Shown: positions 59,280-64,000 of the stretch, piece after piece
Numbering within the stretch: position 1 is the stretch's first letter
Layout of the letters: each line of letters begins with the position of its first letter
DNA from: Octopus vulgaris
Taxonomy: Eukaryota
Assembly: GCA_951406725.2 (NCBI GenBank)
Contig: OX597815.1
Location: forward strand, 73,842,001-73,906,000
Direction: 5' to 3'
DNA: 64,000 nucleotides
Made by a program: the position numbers and the translations under genes
Notes under the pieces: model-generated
What the model was told of the DNA's origin: nothing
Database searches by the model: none
The model's input: the letters and a program-made list of their open reading frames with translations, nothing else

Positions 59280-59420
59280 AGCATGCTGCCACTCAGGCCA
59301 ATAAAGAGAAAATGTAATTTCTACTTGCTCTGATTAATATGGCATTTGGGACTTGACCGGGTGAGAAGGGTTATTATGAAATATGACTAGTTTGATTGGC
59401 GCAGGTGGCTAATTGCTTTG
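59280..59420 (-). promoter_or_regulatory. Possible SKOR promoter-proximal block
   Basis: Non-repetitive island upstream of exon 1 with opposed CCAAT boxes (ggccaat ~59297, gattggc ~59394), E-box CAGGTG (~59402) and TAAT/ATTA sites. Motif evidence only. Confidence 0.25.
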
Positions 59421-60100
59421 AGCATGTACATATATAAGTACATATACATGTATATATGTGTGTGTGTTTGTGTTTGTGGTATGATCGATGTTTTAAAGGA
59501 CTTAATCCATGAAGTATAACGCTCTGCGGCTGAAGAGAGGCTCAGTGTTGATCTACGTCGATGTAACACAATTAGATGTAGCCAGTTGTTTGATATATGT
59601 TAGCTTTGAACGGAATCGTTCATGAGGGACCGCAGAAAGTGGACAATAAGCAAAGGTCAAATGTGCCCCCTGGCTTCTCTGGTCTTTAATGAAATGCAGC
59701 TAAATAACCTGCTTTTATACATACATACACACATACATACATACATGCATATATATATATATATATATATACACACAAATATATATATATTTATCTAACT
59801 ATTCATTTATTCGTGAACAGAAGGAGTGCACAGTACTTAGTATAACCTATCTTTCCCATATATTATCTCTTGTCTAACAATTGAACGCAAGTACATACCG
59901 AACTTAGATGTATACATACGTAGACGTATATATAGACTCAAACACATAAGCATTTTTATGTATATACATATAAACTGCATATAAGTATGTATGTATTATA
60001 ATGCCTCATAAATAGATGACCACCGATACATTTATATATCAACGTAACATAATATATGCGCGTGTGTGTGTGTATATATATACATACATACATACACATA

Positions 60101-60840
60101 TCTTTTATCTTTTACTTGTTTTAACCATTAGACTGTGGCCATACTGGGGCACCTCCTTGAATGTTTTTGCCGAATTAATTGACCCCAGTACTTCTTTTTT
60201 GAGTCCGACATTTATTCTATCTGTCTCTTTTGCCAAACGCTAAGTTATGGGAACACGAACACACTAACACTGGATGTCCAGCGGTAGCAGTGATGGGACA
60301 AACACAAACTCAAAGACACACACACACACACACAGATATATATTTATATATATATACGACAGGCTTCTTTCAGTTTCAAATCTACTCACAAGGCTTTGGT
60401 CGGCCTGTGGCTATAGTAGAAGATACTTGCCTAAAGGGCTATGCAGTGGGACTGAACCCGGAACCATGTTGGGAAGCAAACTTGTTACCACATAGCCACA
60501 CCGGCCCCTATATATAAATATATACCTTTCTGGGTTCAGTCCCATTGTGTTGCAACTTGGGCAAAGCCTTGTGAGTGGATTTGGTAGATGGAAACTGAAA
60601 GAAGTCAGTGGTATGTATATGTCTATGTATATTTATCTGTCTGTGTTTGTTCTCCCGTTACCGCATGACAACCGGTGTTAGTGTGTTTACACCCCGGTTC
60701 AGTAAAAAAAAAAAAGTCCAATAGATTAATTACTAAGCTTTAAAAAATAAGTCCTGAGGTCAATTTGCTCAAATAAAATCTTTCAAGGCGGTGTGCTCCA
60801 TCATAGCCACAGTCAAATGACTGAAACAAATAAAAGAATA
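60101..60840. mobile_element. Two SINE family B copies head-to-head (60101-60505 minus, 60531-60840 plus)
   Basis: Both match 1945-2345. Confidence 0.78.
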
Positions 60841-60854
60841 AATGTTTATATATA

Positions 60855-60916
<62 letters not shown>

Positions 60917-60978
60917 TGTGTGCGTGTGTGTGTAATAAATAGGCACATTTATATAAAACAACAACAGCACACAAATAC

Positions 60979-61015
<37 letters not shown>

Positions 61016-61101
61016 TACATACATACACACAAAGGTTTCGCAGAACTCAGTATATGAGAACGTAGTTTTAAAATTTTTTATTTATTCCTTTTGTAGCTGT
61101 G

Positions 61102-61145
<44 letters not shown>

Positions 61146-61250
61146 CCCGCTCGCTTAGCCAGCGGGGTGGCGTCATTTGAAGGCTAAAACAATGCGAAGC
61201 GCATTGTGACCAGTAATGTGTAGCAACATCTGATAGCCTGGTCGGTCACG

Positions 61251-61311
<61 letters not shown>

Positions 61312-61329
61312 ACACATATACACACCCAC

Positions 61330-61954
61330 TCACACACACACATTGCTTAAATATATACATTACTCTTACACACATTCAATCTACTCGCCATTAATACTAC
61401 CGCGACACTGGACACACACACACACTACTACTCAACACACGCTGGCACGCTACATACGCCCCCACCCTTCCTCCTTCCTTCATTTTCTTACTACTGACCA
61501 CTATCTGCTATGCCTACTACTGTCTCGCCCTACCTCACACGCCTACACACAGACGCACACACTAACACATTCATATATTTTTTGTTTTTTTATCTCGCCT
61601 CACACACACACATACACACACGCACACGCACACACTCACACATACACACACATCTGTTGCGTTACCAACCTTGTCTCCACTCTTTTGGCTTTAAAAACCT
61701 ACTTTGTTCTTGTTATCGTAAACTTCCGCCTTTCACCATGTGTAACTCGTAAACACCAGTCGTTTTTTTCTCCATCTCCTGTTGCCCGCTTTGGGATCTT
61801 TCTTTCCTCTCTCTTCCTTCTTTATGTTTCCGACGAAGAGGGTATGACGTTTCGAAACGTCATACCCTCCTGCTTCCATATTTCCTGAGCGCCTATTAAT
61901 AATAATACTGTAATTGTTCCATTGTTGTTGTTTTTTTGTTTTCCCGTTTGGATT

Positions 61955-61960
<6 letters not shown>
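61330..61960 (+). mobile_element. Penelope-like relic, same family as 17770-17978, with a hammerhead-derived palindrome
   Basis: Shares gatctttc..tatgtttccga(t/c)gaagag...cgaaacgt...ccctcc...ctgagcg..aataatact...gtttggattaa with the 17.8-kb copy. Ends in (TA)n. Confidence 0.6.
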
Positions 61961-62052
<92 letters not shown>

Positions 62053-62069
62053 GTATATATATATGTATA

Positions 62070-62152
<83 letters not shown>

Positions 62153-62298
62153 TAAGGGTGAGAGAATTAGATACTAATTTAATAGTATGTCCATTCAACA
62201 CCAAGTGGCCCAGTGCCTCGAGAAACCTGGATTATTATAATATTTTATAATATATTATAATATTATTTTATACAAAAAATAATATATTACTCTTATAT

Positions 62299-62343
<45 letters not shown>

Positions 62344-62844
62344 CACACACGTATATTTCTTATACAGGAATATTGTTGATGGTGACTTCGAAGTTTTGGC
62401 CAGCTAAGTCAGCGATGGAATGCGGTGCTTTTAAAGTTAACCTTGCCTCTATATAGTCTCTTTGGAGTTAAATTCATCTTCGGTTGTGTGGGTTTGGGTG
62501 GGATGGTATTATGGGAAGGTACTTTGGAAAAAAATTTATTAGTTAAATCTGGGGTTTAGAATTTATTCATTCGCGTAGAACTTATTTATATGCATGTAAA
62601 GAAGCCTGTAGTTGTTTCTCCTTTGTTAGGTTGGCACAAGGTCTGACAATATTTTTGTTGCATATGAATATGGGGAGGTGGGTCGGACTTCTACTTCTTT
62701 AGGATTTGAATAGTTGAAACAAATAACAAAGGTATCGTTGAAGAAACATTTTAGCCATTTAGGAGTACAATTAAAATTATATTCTTTTTCCGTGAATGTC
62801 TTGATGAATAGAGAGATAGATGTATATAAGTATACACATGCATG

Positions 62845-62899
<55 letters not shown>

Positions 62900-62943
62900 T
62901 ATATTATATTATATATATTTATATATATATATATATACTATAT

Positions 62944-63003
<60 letters not shown>

Positions 63004-63674
63004 ATGTATGTATTTATGTATGTATGTATGTATGTATGTATGTATGTATGTATGTATACGTAGACCCGCATATATACGAAGATACGTGTAAATGTATGTG
63101 AGCGGATGTGAGAGACAGACATAGAGAAAATGAGCGCGCACACGATCCTCCGCACATAGGGATTTGAAATCAGGATGGGATGAGTTTTGACTAATTCCAT
63201 GCACTTAATTGGATTACTCAATGACTCAGTGGACCTCAAAAGATACGAATGGCTGAATATAGACGGATAGCATTTTGTTTCACCGCCATCAGACCTGAGA
63301 TGTGTTTTATTTTTAAAGTCAAACACCTTCATTTGAGATTTTATAGCTGGCCATAGACTTTGGCATTTCCGTTTATTGTTGGTGAAAGTTGTTGTAGTCG
63401 TTATTGCTATCGTTGTTAAGGCTGGTGTTGTTGTTGTTGTTGTTGCTGTTGTTGTTGTTGTTTTCCTTTTACAGTCGTTGCTGTTGTTGCACTCATTGTT
63501 GTTGCCGTTGTTATTTTCGTACTTGTTGTTGTTGTTCTGATTGTTACATAGTTTATTTCCCATCGATAAATGAAACACTGAGAGGAGTGACAACCTTGAA
63601 ATATTTTGTTTTGTGTTTATGTAATTAACATAATGAGACAGTGAAGTAATACTGTTTTTTTTATTATTATTATT

Positions 63675-63830
63675 TTAGGCCCAGCTCATCCTTGACCGAG
63701 TGGGAATATGGTCAAAGACGTTCCTGTTATGATCATAAAGTGTGCCTATGACGTAGTGTGCTGTCCTTTTTCTTAATTTCATCTGAGAGGAAATTTGACT
63801 ACTATTTCTAGCAGATCGAGCGACCATATA
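63675..63830 (+). repeat. Unclassified dispersed repeat (also ~3215-3450 minus, 21440-21615, 51770-51940)
   Basis: Shared motifs tatgatcaaag..attcca..gtgacc and gggaaatttgactactatttctagca..tcgagcgaccatata. Confidence 0.55.
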
Positions 63831-64000
63831 CTGCCTTTGTCTTTGGCGCATAGTGAAGTTGTAGTGGTTTAGACCCAGGTAACCTTGATAGAGCAGTCCT
63901 GTGACCAAAGGCTTTCCAATCGTGACCAACATTTCATATATATATTTGTATGCTCAGGACTGTTTATTTTAGTTTTGTTTATTTTACTTGGTGAGTCGGA

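Overview
AT-rich, microsatellite-dense eukaryotic DNA. The SINE families and repeat texture look like an octopus (coleoid cephalopod) genome; this is an inference from recall, not a search result. One protein-coding gene is supported: a minus-strand SKI-family transcriptional corepressor (SKOR/fussel/CORL type) at about 40.66-58.4 kb. I reconstructed it by hand as 8 coding exons with GT-AG junctions and consistent phases (709 aa from ATG 58334, 743 aa from ATG 58436). Five short exons (37-75 nt) are not recognisable as exons from the ORF track. The rest is repeats: several tRNA-derived SINE families (some with TSDs), decayed LINEs (two R4/Dong-like RLE, Tx1/L1-like, RTE-like, CR1/Jockey-like), non-autonomous Helitrons, a Tc1-type relic with DD36E spacing, and mariner/Tc1 MITEs. 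The most unusual signal is about a dozen minimal hammerhead-ribozyme-like motifs of several sequence types. Most lie beside (TA)n or (AAT)n tracts, several sit inside long foldback palindromes, and one 4-copy family is entirely on the SKOR sense strand. These resemble Penelope-like element relics. Most long ORFs in the supplied track are microsatellite artefacts.
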